Source of the DNA: an uncultured Acidobacteriota bacterium
Lineage (GTDB): Bacteria > Acidobacteriota > Thermoanaerobaculia > Gp7-AA8
Direction: 5' to 3'
Assembly (NCBI GenBank): GCA_963822445.1
Contig: CAWGHO010000002.1
Location: 288,001-352,000 of the forward strand
Length of the DNA: 64,000 nt
Part shown: piece by piece, positions 13,701 through 23,884 of the stretch
How the letters are laid out: each line of letters opens with the position of its first letter
How positions within the stretch are numbered: the stretch's first letter is position 1
Translations under genes and position numbers: made by a program
Notes under the pieces: model-generated
Told to the model about the DNA's origin: nothing
The model's input: only the letters and a program-made list of their open reading frames with translations
The model's database searches: none

Positions 13701-16700
13701 CGCTCGGCACGTCGAGCATTCGCCTCCGCTGGATCGACCCGCAACGCAACGAGACCGGGTTCCGCCTCGAACGCTCGCCCGACTTCGGCGCGACCTGGGC
13801 GCCCATCGGCATCGTCGGTCCGAACACCGTGACGTCCACCGATTCCTCGCTCAGCGCCGGGACGACGTACTCCTATCGCGTCGTCGCGATTACGCCTTCG
13901 GGCGACACGTCGCCGTCGAACATCGCCACGGCCAGCACGTTCCCCGCGACCGCCGCGAAAACCTGTCTGCAACCGGTCTCGCCGTATCACGCAACGGCGC
14001 GGAATCCATCGGTCGCATGGACCGGCACGCAATGGGCGATGGTCTGGGGCGAGCGCACCGGCGGACGCGAGGACGACCTCTTCTTCACCTTCCTCGACGC
14101 ATCCGGCGCGATGACCGGAACGCCGGTACAGATCACCAGCGCGGAGATGGGCTCCTCCCGCCCGGCGCTGCGCTGGAACGGCTCGAAATTCGGCGTGACG
14201 TGGATCGAGCTTCATCGCGGTCCGGCCGGCGAAGCGGTCAACGAATATCGATTCGCCCTGCTCAGCGCGACCGGCACCGTCATGCGCACCGACGTCATGA
14301 TTCCGCGCCCCGCACCGGTCGAATTCTCATCGCAAAGCATCGACCCACAGCTCTTCTGGGATGGAACGGCCTGGTCGTTCTTCGAGTCGCATTTCACCAG
14401 CGACGGCCTGCTGGACCTCTTCTTCTACCGCTTCGATGAGGACGGCGACCTGCTCCTCGGGCCGACCCGCCTGACGACGCACGCTCATTTCGACACGGCC
14501 GTTTCCGTCGCCTGGAACGGCACCGAGTACGCGATGGTCTGGACGCGGTTTATCGACAACGTCGGCTCGATCGAGCTCCAGCGCGTCAGCACCACCGGCG
14601 CGCTCGTCGGATCGCAGGTGACCCTCGTCTCGCCCAGCACAGACGCCATCAGCAATCCAGACATCACCGCAACGACAGGTGGCTGGGCAGTGGTGTGGCG
14701 CCTGACCGACAACACCGGAACCGCGATCCTGCTGCAGCGTCTTGCCGGAAACGGATCGCTCATCGGATCGCCGTCGCGCGTCAACGACGACTTCGATCTG
14801 AACGGTTTCACGCTCGCTGATCAGCGCCCGTCCAACGACCAGTTTCCGGATCTGTACTCGCTCGCCGACGGCTCCTTCGTCGTCCTCACCACCGCGCAGT
14901 TGAACGCGACCGGCCGGCAGGAAGTGGCCATGCTCCGCGCCGATTCGAGCGGCGCGCGCGTCGGATCGCGGATCATCCTCAGCACGCAGGACAACTTCAA
15001 CTCGAACGTGGCCCGCGCGGCGACGAACGGCACGAACTTCCTCCTCGCCTTCAACGAAAGCCGCCTCGGCACATCGGAAATCGCCACGCTGATCACCACG
15101 CCCACCGGTACGCTCGTCGCGGGACCGACCGATCTCACCGCGGGTCACAGCGCGGGATTCGTCGTGAACACATCCGTCGCGCCGGTTGGCAACGGCTTCG
15201 CGGCGCTCTTCGTCGAGCCGCTGAACCCGAACACGAACCAGGTCTTCGCGCGCATCTTCGATGGAACCGGCGCGCTGAGCGCGAGCAAGTCACCGCTCTC
15301 GACCCGTCCGACGCGCGGCCGCGCGGCGATCGTGGGAGTCGGCTCGACGTTCGCCACGGCCTGGAAGGACAACACCAACGCCGTCGTCTTCGGACGCTGG
15401 GATTCGGCAGGCAACGCGCTGATCACAGAAGTGAATGTCGTCACGAATGCGGGCGGCCCGGCGAACGTGAACGTCGGCTTCGATGGCGAGAATTACGGCG
15501 TGCTCTGGAATCAGAACGGCCGCCTCAATTTCCAGCGCGTATCCCCAACCGGCGCACTGCTGGGCACGCGATCGACTCTTGCGCCTCTGCTCGATGGCGC
15601 ACCGCAACAGATGGTCTGGACAGCGCTTGGGTGGGCCATCGCCTTCATCAGCAGCGACGACATCTACTACACGCTGCTCGACGCGACCGGCGCGACGATC
15701 GTCGCGCCGATGCGCATCAGCTTCACACCCACGTTCGACAAGATCGGCCTGGCCCTGGCCTGGAACGGAGACGTCCTGGGCATCGCCTGGACGAACTACC
15801 CGATCGTCGATCCGCCCGCCTGGTCGTGCAGTTCACGGTGCTCGATCTCGCGGGGATCAAGCAGTTCAACGAAACGGTCGTTGCGGCCGAGGGGCGGTTC
15901 GACAACAACCTGCAGGGTATTTATTGGGATGCCGATCGCTTCAAAGTGCTCTTCAGCCCCGGCGAGGGCGGCACGCTGCGCTCCGTCGATGTGAGCACCA
16001 TCGGCGCGGTCATGGGACCGAGCCGCATGCTCTCAAACCGCGGCTTCGGCGCGTCCGTCGCCTTCAACGGAACGACAGCGGGCATGATCTGGCTGCAGAC
16101 CGGCGATCAGTACTTCCAGACCACGGCCTGTCTCGATGACGTCACGCCGCCGAGCTGCCCCACGTTTACGGCTGTTCGCAATCCCAACGACATCACGCTG
16201 ACTTGGACGCCCGCAGCCGATGCGCAATCAGGCATCTACCGCTACGTGATCTACCGCGACGGCCTGATCCTCGGCGAAGCCCCGAGCACCTTCACCAGCT
16301 ACACCGACGCCTCGGCGCGGACGAACGACTCGTTCACGTACAGCGTCGTCGCGCAGAACGCCGCGTTCCTGCTGTCGAACAGCTGCACGACGCAGACACT
16401 CATCGGCACGCCGATCAATCTCGTGGCCACGGCGACATCGAGCACGCAGGTGCAGGTGACCTGGTCCGCGGTCGGCGGCGCGAGCAGCTACACCATCGAG
16501 CGGAGCTCCGACGGTACGACGTTCGCGCCGGTCGGAACTTCGGGCACGACTTCGTACAGCGACACGGTCATCGCGGGGAACAGCTATCTGTACCGCGCGC
16601 GGGCCATCGTCGGCCTCGCGACCTCAGACCCCAGCAATCGCGATCTGGCCACAGCCATCGTCTTCACCGACGACCCGCTCGTCGCCGGCGTGACGGTCGT

Positions 16701-16947
16701 CAAAGCCGTTCATCTGACGCAGATGCGCACCGCGGTGAATGCCGTCCGAGCCCTGGCCGGCCTGACGCCCGCCACATGGACCAGCGGCAACGTCATCGTC
16801 GCCATTCACATGAATGAGCTGCGCACTGCGCTTTCGAGCGCATTGACAACGCTCGGCTTCGCCGCGCCCACGTTCACCGACACGATCGCGCCCGGAGTGA
16901 CCGTGCGCGCGATTCACATGCAGGAGGTTCGGAATGGAGTGAAGTGA
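7751..16947 (+). CDS. Giant secreted/surface protein (CSLREA, beta-helix, PA14-like, FnIII, putative Ig, duplicated propeller modules), one frameshift near 15818
   Basis: GGAGG RBS, signal peptide, [12 protein letters not shown]; ORFs 7751-15994 and 15631-16947 join with +1 base to about 3065 aa; the second module continues across the shift in register with the first. Confidence 0.88.
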
Positions 16948-16954
16948 GGCGCGC

Positions 16955-17512
16955 CTACCAGCGAAAGTGCCCCGTCAACTCATACGCGAACAGCACATCC
17001 TCGATCTGCGCACCGCCGCCGATGTTGTGCACCACCAGATGACGATCGCCGCGCCGCACGTCGGAGACCAGTCCGATGTGCGGCACGCCCGAGGCCAGTC
17101 GCCAGGTCACGATGTCCCCCGGTTTGTAATCCGCGGCGCGCCGCGTCACCGGCAGCGCGCGGCCCTTTCGTTTGAAAAAGGTCGCCAGGTTCGGAACGCG
17201 GCGGTGATCGATGTTCGTATCGGGCCGCCGCAGCCCCCACGTCTTCGGATACACCGCGAAGTTTCGTTTCATGTCCTCGTGCACGAGCACCTGCAGGTCG
17301 ATCCCCGCGTGGCGGAACGAGCGGATGATCACGTCGGTGCACACGCCCGTGTGCAGGGGCACGTCGCCGTTCGGGTATCCGATGCGGCGGTAGGCCGGGT
17401 CGTAGCCGCGCGTGACGCCCACCTGGCGCTTCGCCCCCTCGATCATCTTCGCGATCGAGGGTTGCGCTTCAACGCTCAGCGCGACTAGAAGAACGACGGC
17501 GATTCTCTTCAC
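16955..17512 (-). CDS. DUF1287 (YijF-like) secreted protein
   Basis: YDPAY..IGYPNGDVP..GVCTDVIIR, DTNIDHRRVPNL, HIGLVS, VHNIG. Confidence 0.9.
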   Translation of the reverse strand: MKRIAVVLLVALSVEAQPSIAKMIEGAKRQVGVTRGYDPAYRRIGYPNGDVPLHTGVCTDVIIRSFRHAGIDLQVLVHEDMKRNFAVYPKTWGLRRPDTNIDHRRVPNLATFFKRKGRALPVTRRAADYKPGDIVTWRLASGVPHIGLVSDVRRGDRHLVVHNIGGGAQIEDVLFAYELTGHFRW

Positions 17513-17527
17513 GACTACACTCTAACC
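17513..17527. promoter_or_regulatory. Back-to-back overlapping -10 hexamers of two leaderless genes
   Basis: + strand TACACT(17516-21)-N6-ATG; - strand TAGAGT(17524-19)-N6-GTG; 15-bp intergenic, no SD. Confidence 0.65.
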
Positions 17528-17950
17528 ATGACCGCGCCTGTGATCATCCGCTCCCGCGCGCCCTTCCGCTCCGAGGTGGAGGCCGGGCCGCACCGCTGGG
17601 TCCTCGACGAGCCGCAGGAAGCCGGCGGCACGAACGAAGGACCCACTCCATACGACATGCTCGCCGCAGCGCTGGGCGGCTGCACGGTCATGACCCTGCA
17701 CTTCTACGCGCGCCGCGAAAAGATCCCGCTCGAGGAAGTCGTCGCCCGCGTTTCCCACGATCGCCAGCACGTCAAGGACTGCGCGGATTGCTCGTCGACC
17801 TCTGGCTTCATTCATCGCTTCAAGGTGGAGCTCGAGCTCTCCGGACCGCTCGATGAAGCCCAGCGCCAGCAGCTCCTGAAAATCGCCGGGCGCTGCCCCG
17901 TCGCCAAGACGCTGCAGGCCGAGATCAAAATCGAAGAGGTACTCGTTTGA
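17528..17950 (+). CDS. OsmC family protein
   Basis: DEP..GG...GPTPYDMLAAALGGC, RCPVAKTL. Confidence 0.9.
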   Translation: MTAPVIIRSRAPFRSEVEAGPHRWVLDEPQEAGGTNEGPTPYDMLAAALGGCTVMTLHFYARREKIPLEEVVARVSHDRQHVKDCADCSSTSGFIHRFKVELELSGPLDEAQRQQLLKIAGRCPVAKTLQAEIKIEEVLV

Positions 17951-18558
17951 GCGCACTCGATCACCTGTTCGCGAAGAACCGGGCCTGGTCCGAAGAGATC
18001 ACCCGGCAGGATCCTGAGTTCTTCACGCGGCTCGCGACGCAACAGAATCCCGGCTACCTCTGGATCGGCTGTTCGGACAGCCGCGTGCCGGCGAATCAGA
18101 TCGTCGGCCTCGCACCTGGCGAGATGTTCGTCCATCGCAACGTGGCGAACGTCGTCGTACACACGGATTTGAATTGTCTTTCGGCGATTCAATTCGCCGT
18201 CGATGTTCTCCGCGTCGGCCACATCATCGTCTGCGGCCACTACGGCTGCGGCGGCGTGCTCGCCGCGTTACGCGACGACAAGCTGGGGCTGGTCGACAAC
18301 TGGCTGCGCCACGTTCAGGACGTGCGCCGCGCCGACCAGGCCCAGATCGACGCGCTGCCGTCCGAGGCGGAACAGCATCGGCGGTTGTGCGAGCTGAACG
18401 TCATGCAACAGGTGATCAACGTCAGCCAGACCACGGTCGTCCGCGATGCCTGGTCGCGCGGCCAGAGCCTGACCGTTCACGGCTGGGTGTATGACATTCG
18501 CGACGGACTGCTGCGGGATCTCAGCATTTCCACGCACATGCCCGGTGTGTCGGGATAG
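17947..18558 (+). CDS. can: Beta-class carbonic anhydrase
   Basis: WIGCSDSRVP, HRNVAN, VCGHYGCGG. Confidence 0.95.
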   Translation: MSALDHLFAKNRAWSEEITRQDPEFFTRLATQQNPGYLWIGCSDSRVPANQIVGLAPGEMFVHRNVANVVVHTDLNCLSAIQFAVDVLRVGHIIVCGHYGCGGVLAALRDDKLGLVDNWLRHVQDVRRADQAQIDALPSEAEQHRRLCELNVMQQVINVSQTTVVRDAWSRGQSLTVHGWVYDIRDGLLRDLSISTHMPGVSG

Positions 18559-19518
18559 CTACTTCCCGATCACTTCCCGGAAAAACGCGGTGACGTCCTC
18601 GTTGATCTTCGTGTTCGTGCCATGGCCGATGTCCACATAGGTCGCGAACCTCGCATTCGCGCCGGACCGGCCGTAGATCATCTGCCCCTTCGTCCAGCGG
18701 TCGGGCTGCATCGTTTCGCCGAGGACTTTGAAGATGAGCTGCCGTTCGGACTCCTCGTAGCCGTCGTCGAATTTCACCGCGTCGTTGTCGTCTTTCGCGC
18801 CCATGTAGTAGAGCTGCGGCACCTGTCGCCAGGCCTTCTCGTTGAAGCCGCGTCCCGTGAGCTGGCGCAGGTCCGCGGTGCCGACGGGATACGGCAGCGT
18901 CTCGCCGTCGAGGCTGGCCAGCGGCAGCATCACCAGCGCGTTCAGACCGCCGCCGGCGACGGCCTTCACGCTTTCGGGATGGAGCATGGTGAAGCGATTC
19001 GAAAACGAGCCCGACGCGGAGAAGCCGCTCATAAGGAACTTCTCGTGCGTCGGGATGCCGTTCGCGCGCAGACGCGCACGCGCGTGGCGAACCATGGCCA
19101 GTAACTGCAGATCGACGCGGCGCAGAGGACCGTCCTCGATCAGCATCGTGTCGCGGTCGAACAGATGCGTGTAGATCTTCCAGTCCGTTTCCGGCCGCGG
19201 AAACACAGGCATCAGCAGCGGCACGTCGAGTCTCTTGGCGACGTACGCGCCGACGCCCGTCCCGGAGAGTTTCTTCGCCCCTTCGAGATGCACGTTGAGG
19301 TCGTCGGAAATTCTGCCGGTGTTGTTCGGCTCGACGAGGAGATAGGTTCTGTCCTTCACCGGTGCAGCCGGCATGCGAAGGACGTACGGAAAGTTGAAGC
19401 CGTCGGCCGGCGACGCGGCCACGACGTCGATCGCGCCGGGTGTGAGCGTAACGGGAACGGCAGGCGTGTGAGTGCACGCTGCAGCCAGAAGAAGGAAAGC
19501 AATGGTCAGGTTTTTCAT
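18559..19518 (-). CDS. Putative lipoprotein, alpha/beta hydrolase-like
   Basis: Lipobox LAAAC, GFSASG elbow, C-terminal GH. Confidence 0.7.
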   Translation of the reverse strand: MKNLTIAFLLLAAACTHTPAVPVTLTPGAIDVVAASPADGFNFPYVLRMPAAPVKDRTYLLVEPNNTGRISDDLNVHLEGAKKLSGTGVGAYVAKRLDVPLLMPVFPRPETDWKIYTHLFDRDTMLIEDGPLRRVDLQLLAMVRHARARLRANGIPTHEKFLMSGFSASGSFSNRFTMLHPESVKAVAGGGLNALVMLPLASLDGETLPYPVGTADLRQLTGRGFNEKAWRQVPQLYYMGAKDDNDAVKFDDGYEESERQLIFKVLGETMQPDRWTKGQMIYGRSGANARFATYVDIGHGTNTKINEDVTAFFREVIGK

Positions 19519-20447
19519 GAGTGATAAAGATCGGTGCTGAGATAGCGAAGTCCGGAGTCGACGGCGATCGTTACGACGGTTGCGTCTTGGCCGAGGTTCC
19601 GGGCGATGCGTAACGCGGCGACGACGTTCGCGCCCGTCGACGTGCCGGCGAAGATCCCTTCCTCACGCGCGAGCCGCCGCGCCATCGCCTTCGCTTCGTC
19701 GGTCGAAACGGTCTCGATCTCGTTCACGAGCTCCGGCTGCCACAGCGGAGGGATGAAGCCAATGCCGATGCCTTCGATCCGGTGCGATCCCGAGGCCTTC
19801 CCCGACAGCACCGCGGACTCGGCGGGTTCGACGGCGACGATCTGCACGTCGCGATTGCGCGCCCACAGCGCCTTCGTCACGCCGTGAATCGAATGCGCGG
19901 TGCTGACCGCGTGCACGAACGCGCTGACGCGGCCGCCGGTCTGTTCCCAGATCTCCTCGCCCAGCGGCAGGTAGCCGCCGATGGCGTCGTGGTTGCGCAG
20001 CTGATCGCAGGACCAGTGACCCGGGCGCTCGCTGACCGCCGCGGCGGTGCGAATCATTTCCTTGATCAGGGCCTCGTTGATCTTCCTGTCGTCGCTCTTC
20101 ACGTCGGTGATGTGCGCACCGAAGGCCTGCATGGTCCGCCGTTTCTCATCGCTGAACGCGTCGGAGTAGACGATCTCGATGCCGTACCCCTTCGCCGCGC
20201 AGACGAAGGCCAGCGAGATGCCGGTCGTGCCGGCGGTGTACTCGACGACCGTGCCGCCGGGCTTCAGCCGCCCGTCTGCTTCCGCCGCTTCGATCGCCGC
20301 GCGGGCCATGCGGTCTTTCATGCTGCCGGTGGGATTCGCCCACTCCAGCTTCATGAAGACGCGCGCCGCCCCGGCGGGCACGATGCGGCGGAGCTCGATC
20401 AGCGGCGTGTTGCCGATTCCGGAGAGAACACTGTCTGTTTCAGTCAC
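19515..20447 (-). CDS. PLP-dependent cysteine synthase family protein (divergent)
   Basis: IGNTPL, NPTGSMKDR, EGIFAGTSTGAN, DSGLRYLST; start taken at GTG 20447. Confidence 0.88.
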   Translation of the reverse strand: MTETDSVLSGIGNTPLIELRRIVPAGAARVFMKLEWANPTGSMKDRMARAAIEAAEADGRLKPGGTVVEYTAGTTGISLAFVCAAKGYGIEIVYSDAFSDEKRRTMQAFGAHITDVKSDDRKINEALIKEMIRTAAAVSERPGHWSCDQLRNHDAIGGYLPLGEEIWEQTGGRVSAFVHAVSTAHSIHGVTKALWARNRDVQIVAVEPAESAVLSGKASGSHRIEGIGIGFIPPLWQPELVNEIETVSTDEAKAMARRLAREEGIFAGTSTGANVVAALRIARNLGQDATVVTIAVDSGLRYLSTDLYHS

Positions 20448-20823
20448 ACCACTTGTCCCCCAGGTAACAGATGGCGATTCCAACGCCGTAGGCAATGATA
20501 TCCAGCGGATCGAACCGCCCCGCGAAGAACCCGCGCGGCCACAGGATCTGACTGATTTCCGTGGCCGTGCTGGCTGCGAACAGCGTGATGGCCGCGCGTT
20601 CCGCATTGGCGCCGATGAATCGCGTCACTGGATTCAACGGCCCGACACCGGCGAGCCCGCGCACGATGACGTAGAGCCAGGCCGGAACGGTAAGATCGGC
20701 GAGATAGCTCGTGAGAAAACCACCGCGGATGTGCAGCAGATTGAGCGCCGCCGTCCCGACAAATGCCGCCGTCAGCAGCCAGTAAGTGATGGTCCACGCG
20801 CGCCGGCATGAGCGTTCGACCAT
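20440..20823 (-). CDS. Hypothetical membrane protein
   Basis: Hydrophobic 127-aa ORF with EISQ..GRFDPLDIIAY motif; TATCCT-N6-ATG upstream. Confidence 0.7.
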   Translation of the reverse strand: MVERSCRRAWTITYWLLTAAFVGTAALNLLHIRGGFLTSYLADLTVPAWLYVIVRGLAGVGPLNPVTRFIGANAERAAITLFAASTATEISQILWPRGFFAGRFDPLDIIAYGVGIAICYLGDKWCD

Positions 20824-20841
20824 GCCCGAAGGATAACCGCC

Positions 20842-21186
20842 TCAGCTCCAGAAAACGCCGAGCGGATCCTTCACCACGACGTCGAGGAGCACGCGGATGT
20901 CCTTGGCGGCTTCGACGTTCGACACGCGGTTCCAGCGCTCGCTCGATTCCGACCAGTACAGCGACCAGTTGTTCCGCGCCTCGGAGTACCGGAACTTCGC
21001 GATCGGCTTGGACGTCCAGGCGTCGGCATTCACGAAGGCCGCTCGCTGCTCGATCAACACGACGGCGTTGGTCTCGAAGCGGTAGATGTACTGCTGGCGG
21101 TCGCCGCCCACCGTCGACGAATGCTCCGCACAGAATTGCGTGAGCGCGGCCTCGGCATCCGCAGCAGCTTCGGGGGGAATCGCCAT
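20842..21186 (-). CDS. DUF3024-like protein
   Basis: PIAKFRY...WSLYW...DPLGVFW. Confidence 0.8.
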   Translation of the reverse strand: MAIPPEAAADAEAALTQFCAEHSSTVGGDRQQYIYRFETNAVVLIEQRAAFVNADAWTSKPIAKFRYSEARNNWSLYWSESSERWNRVSNVEAAKDIRVLLDVVVKDPLGVFWS

Positions 21187-21202
21187 GACGCCGCAGTTTA
21201 GC

Positions 21203-22387
21203 TCAGCGCCACGGAGTGAAGCGTCGCGATCGCATCAGCACGATGGCAACGGCTCCCAGGGCGATGGCGATCGATGCGGGCCGGAGGCGGTCGTACATCC
21301 GCTGGCGACGGCCGGCCGCTGTGTGCTCTCCCGTTTCCCAGTAAACCCAGTCGTGTCCGAGCTGATTCACCGCTCCTTTTCCACCCGAGACCACGAGGAC
21401 CATCCCGTTCCCGGTCGCGGGATTCACCCGCACCATCGCGCCCCAGGCCGGCAGAGTCCCGCCGTCATGTCCGACCACGTAGCCGCCCTTCCTGTTTGGC
21501 GCGAACAAGGTATGACCGAGGCCCCACGCTCCCGTAGCGGGCTGCGGCTTGAGCATCTGATCCAGTGTTTTCCTGTCGAGCGCAGGATTGTCTTTGACGA
21601 ATGCCCGCGCGAACCGCGCGAGGTCCGCCGGCGTCGCGTACAGCGCGACCGGCGCTTTCGCCGCATAACGACGGCGCGGAGCGGACCGGAGCTCCGCGTC
21701 GTAACTCGTAGCAAGATCCTTGGGCGGAAGCGTGTTGACGTCGAAGCTGGAGCCGGTCATGCCGAGGGGCAGCAGCACTGCTTCCTTCATGTAATCGGCG
21801 AACGTTCGATTGGTGACCTCCTCGATCAGGAGTTCGAGAACGGCGTAACCGCTGCCTGAATAGACGAAGGTTTCACCCGGTTCTCGCGCGATCGCGTCTC
21901 TGAGTGCCGCCTCGAGTCGCGGAACGGGTTGGCCGGGCAGGAATCCGTAGCCCAATCCATCGTCGAGGCCGGAGGTATGGGTCAGGAGATGCCGGACCGT
22001 GACTTTGTTGCGCCGCGCATCGCTTCCGGGAAATTTCCATCGCCTCAGGTGGGCGATCACCGGCTCATCGAGTTTCAGCTTCCCCTCTTGAACGAGTCTC
22101 ATGACGCCCCAGGCCGTCACTGCTTTGCTCACCGAGGCGACCTGATAGCGGGTGCGATCCACGCTTGTTCCGCCGAATCCGTGGGCCGCGGCAATCTCAC
22201 CGTTCTTCAAGAGAACTACAGCCGCGCTGCCGAGCCTGCGGCGGTCCGCGGCTTTGCTGAGTTTCTGTACGAGGTGTTGTTCGATCGTGGCGAGATTGCC
22301 GTCGGATCGAACGGGCGCTCTCAAGTACGCATCGGCCACGGTCGCAACGAGAACGGCGATCGTCCAGATCAGGAGTCGAAGAAACAT
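21203..22387 (-). CDS. Serine hydrolase (beta-lactamase family)
   Basis: ASVSK (SxxK), LLTHTSG, YSG, GHDG; N- and C-terminal hydrophobic helices. Confidence 0.9.
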   Translation of the reverse strand: MFLRLLIWTIAVLVATVADAYLRAPVRSDGNLATIEQHLVQKLSKAADRRRLGSAAVVLLKNGEIAAAHGFGGTSVDRTRYQVASVSKAVTAWGVMRLVQEGKLKLDEPVIAHLRRWKFPGSDARRNKVTVRHLLTHTSGLDDGLGYGFLPGQPVPRLEAALRDAIAREPGETFVYSGSGYAVLELLIEEVTNRTFADYMKEAVLLPLGMTGSSFDVNTLPPKDLATSYDAELRSAPRRRYAAKAPVALYATPADLARFARAFVKDNPALDRKTLDQMLKPQPATGAWGLGHTLFAPNRKGGYVVGHDGGTLPAWGAMVRVNPATGNGMVLVVSGGKGAVNQLGHDWVYWETGEHTAAGRRQRMYDRLRPASIAIALGAVAIVLMRSRRFTPWR

Positions 22388-22418
22388 GGTTCGGGTCCGC
22401 GGCGAGTATGCTGCGGAA

Positions 22419-23093
22419 GTGGCTGTTCGTGATGTTAACGACTGGGAGAAACTCGCGCGCCGCGAGCCTTACTTTCCTGTCCTCACCAATGAGGGCGCCG
22501 CCGCAGCGTTTTTCGAGAGCGGCGAGGAAGACATCGCCTCGCTCCTCACTGCGATCCATTCCGTTCTGGGCCGGGAGATCGCGCTCACGTCATCGCTCGA
22601 CTTCGGCTGCGGCGCCGGCCGTCTCACACTTCCCCTGGCACGACGGGCGACCAGCGTCGTGGCCTGTGATACAGCGCCGACGATCCTCGCTCATGCTCGC
22701 AAGAACGCCACAGACGCCGGACTGCAAAACGTGACGTTCCTGACGCCCGACGAACTGCCCGCCCTGCCTCCCGCTTCCTTCGATTTCGTTTGCTCCCTGC
22801 TCGTTTTCGAACACATTGCTCCGGCCGCCGGCTACGACTTCATTCGCACACTCGTCACTCTCGTCGCTCCAAGTGGCGTCGCCGCATTGCACATCCCCTT
22901 CGGCCGCCCGGGAGGACGCCTTCGCCGTCTCGCGCGCTGGACACTTGGCGCTCAACCTCGCAGCGCAACAGCAGGCGAATACGACGCGCAACTCGTACAA
23001 CGCTATGTCGAGGTTGCGGGCGGGCGGGTGGTGGGGCGGCTTGGGACGGGAGGGGGCGGTAATTCGGGGGTTGCGGTAATTGAGAAAGCCTAG
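22419..23093 (+). CDS. Class I SAM-dependent methyltransferase
   Basis: LDFGCGAGR, FDFV..LVFEH; start GTG 22419 preceded by TATGCT-N6. Confidence 0.85.
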   Translation: MAVRDVNDWEKLARREPYFPVLTNEGAAAAFFESGEEDIASLLTAIHSVLGREIALTSSLDFGCGAGRLTLPLARRATSVVACDTAPTILAHARKNATDAGLQNVTFLTPDELPALPPASFDFVCSLLVFEHIAPAAGYDFIRTLVTLVAPSGVAALHIPFGRPGGRLRRLARWTLGAQPRSATAGEYDAQLVQRYVEVAGGRVVGRLGTGGGGNSGVAVIEKA

Positions 23094-23306
23094 TTGGGCC
23101 TATGTCGCGAGCGCCGACATAAGGTCCTGCTTGCTTCGCCGGCCTGTCGCGCCGGCTAATCGCGCTACATCAAGCGGCAAAGCCCTCGTGTCAGTGCCCG
23201 GGTTCGCCAAGACTGAGTCAGCCTCACGTGGGTCCTCCTTATCCCAGACGCGAGGCCGGATGACCAGCTCACCGTCGTACGCGCCCCGGCGATAGTATTT
23301 ACATGG

Positions 23307-23843
23307 ATGATCTACGAATCTGGATATTGGAAAGTTGACCTACTCAAACGTGCCGACAAGCTGGATAGACAGACACAGCAGCGGCGTTGGAGCGAGACAT
23401 CTCTTGCTCGATTCGAGCAGGAAGTTATGTTGGGATTCTATGCTGTCCGCAAGCTGCAGGAAGCGCGAAAGATCTCTGATCGACTTCGGAGTCGGCCGGT
23501 TCCTCTTATCCAGTACCGCTCCAGCGGCAAACCGGTCCGGCATCTCAACTGGGATCGGATTGATGCGCTGTACGAACTAGATAATCCGGAGCGTGTCCAG
23601 CGGCATCTGTCATTCGTAACCAACCAGATTATTCACAGTTATGTGTTCGTCCCGTGGTTTGACGAAACGAATCACCTTGTAAATCTCTTCTTCGCTTCCG
23701 ATCACGAAAAGGACCGCCAGTTATGGGCGGTTACGGTTCATGAGATAGCGGAAATCTTTGCCGAGGTGGGTAACAACGATCCGACCAGCGCGCGAATGAG
23801 CTGGGATCCCGTGACGGGGCGCGAAGTCATAGAAGTGGATTAG
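23307..23843 (+). CDS. Hypothetical protein
   Basis: 178-aa ORF with lower GC; TAGTAT-N8-ATG; NQIIHS motif. Confidence 0.75.
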   Translation: MIYESGYWKVDLLKRADKLDRQTQQRRWSETSLARFEQEVMLGFYAVRKLQEARKISDRLRSRPVPLIQYRSSGKPVRHLNWDRIDALYELDNPERVQRHLSFVTNQIIHSYVFVPWFDETNHLVNLFFASDHEKDRQLWAVTVHEIAEIFAEVGNNDPTSARMSWDPVTGREVIEVD

Positions 23844-23884
23844 CGCAGTCTGAGGCGCGACCGAAGCTAGGCCAGGAATCGCAG

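Noticed and set aside
8162-15148. Long antisense ORFs (803, 603, 431 aa and others)
   Set aside because: Shadow ORFs of a high-GC gene with no recognisable motifs
15810-15825. Programmed frameshift in the giant protein
   Set aside because: No slippery heptamer; a one-base loss mid-domain fits the indel errors seen elsewhere in the window
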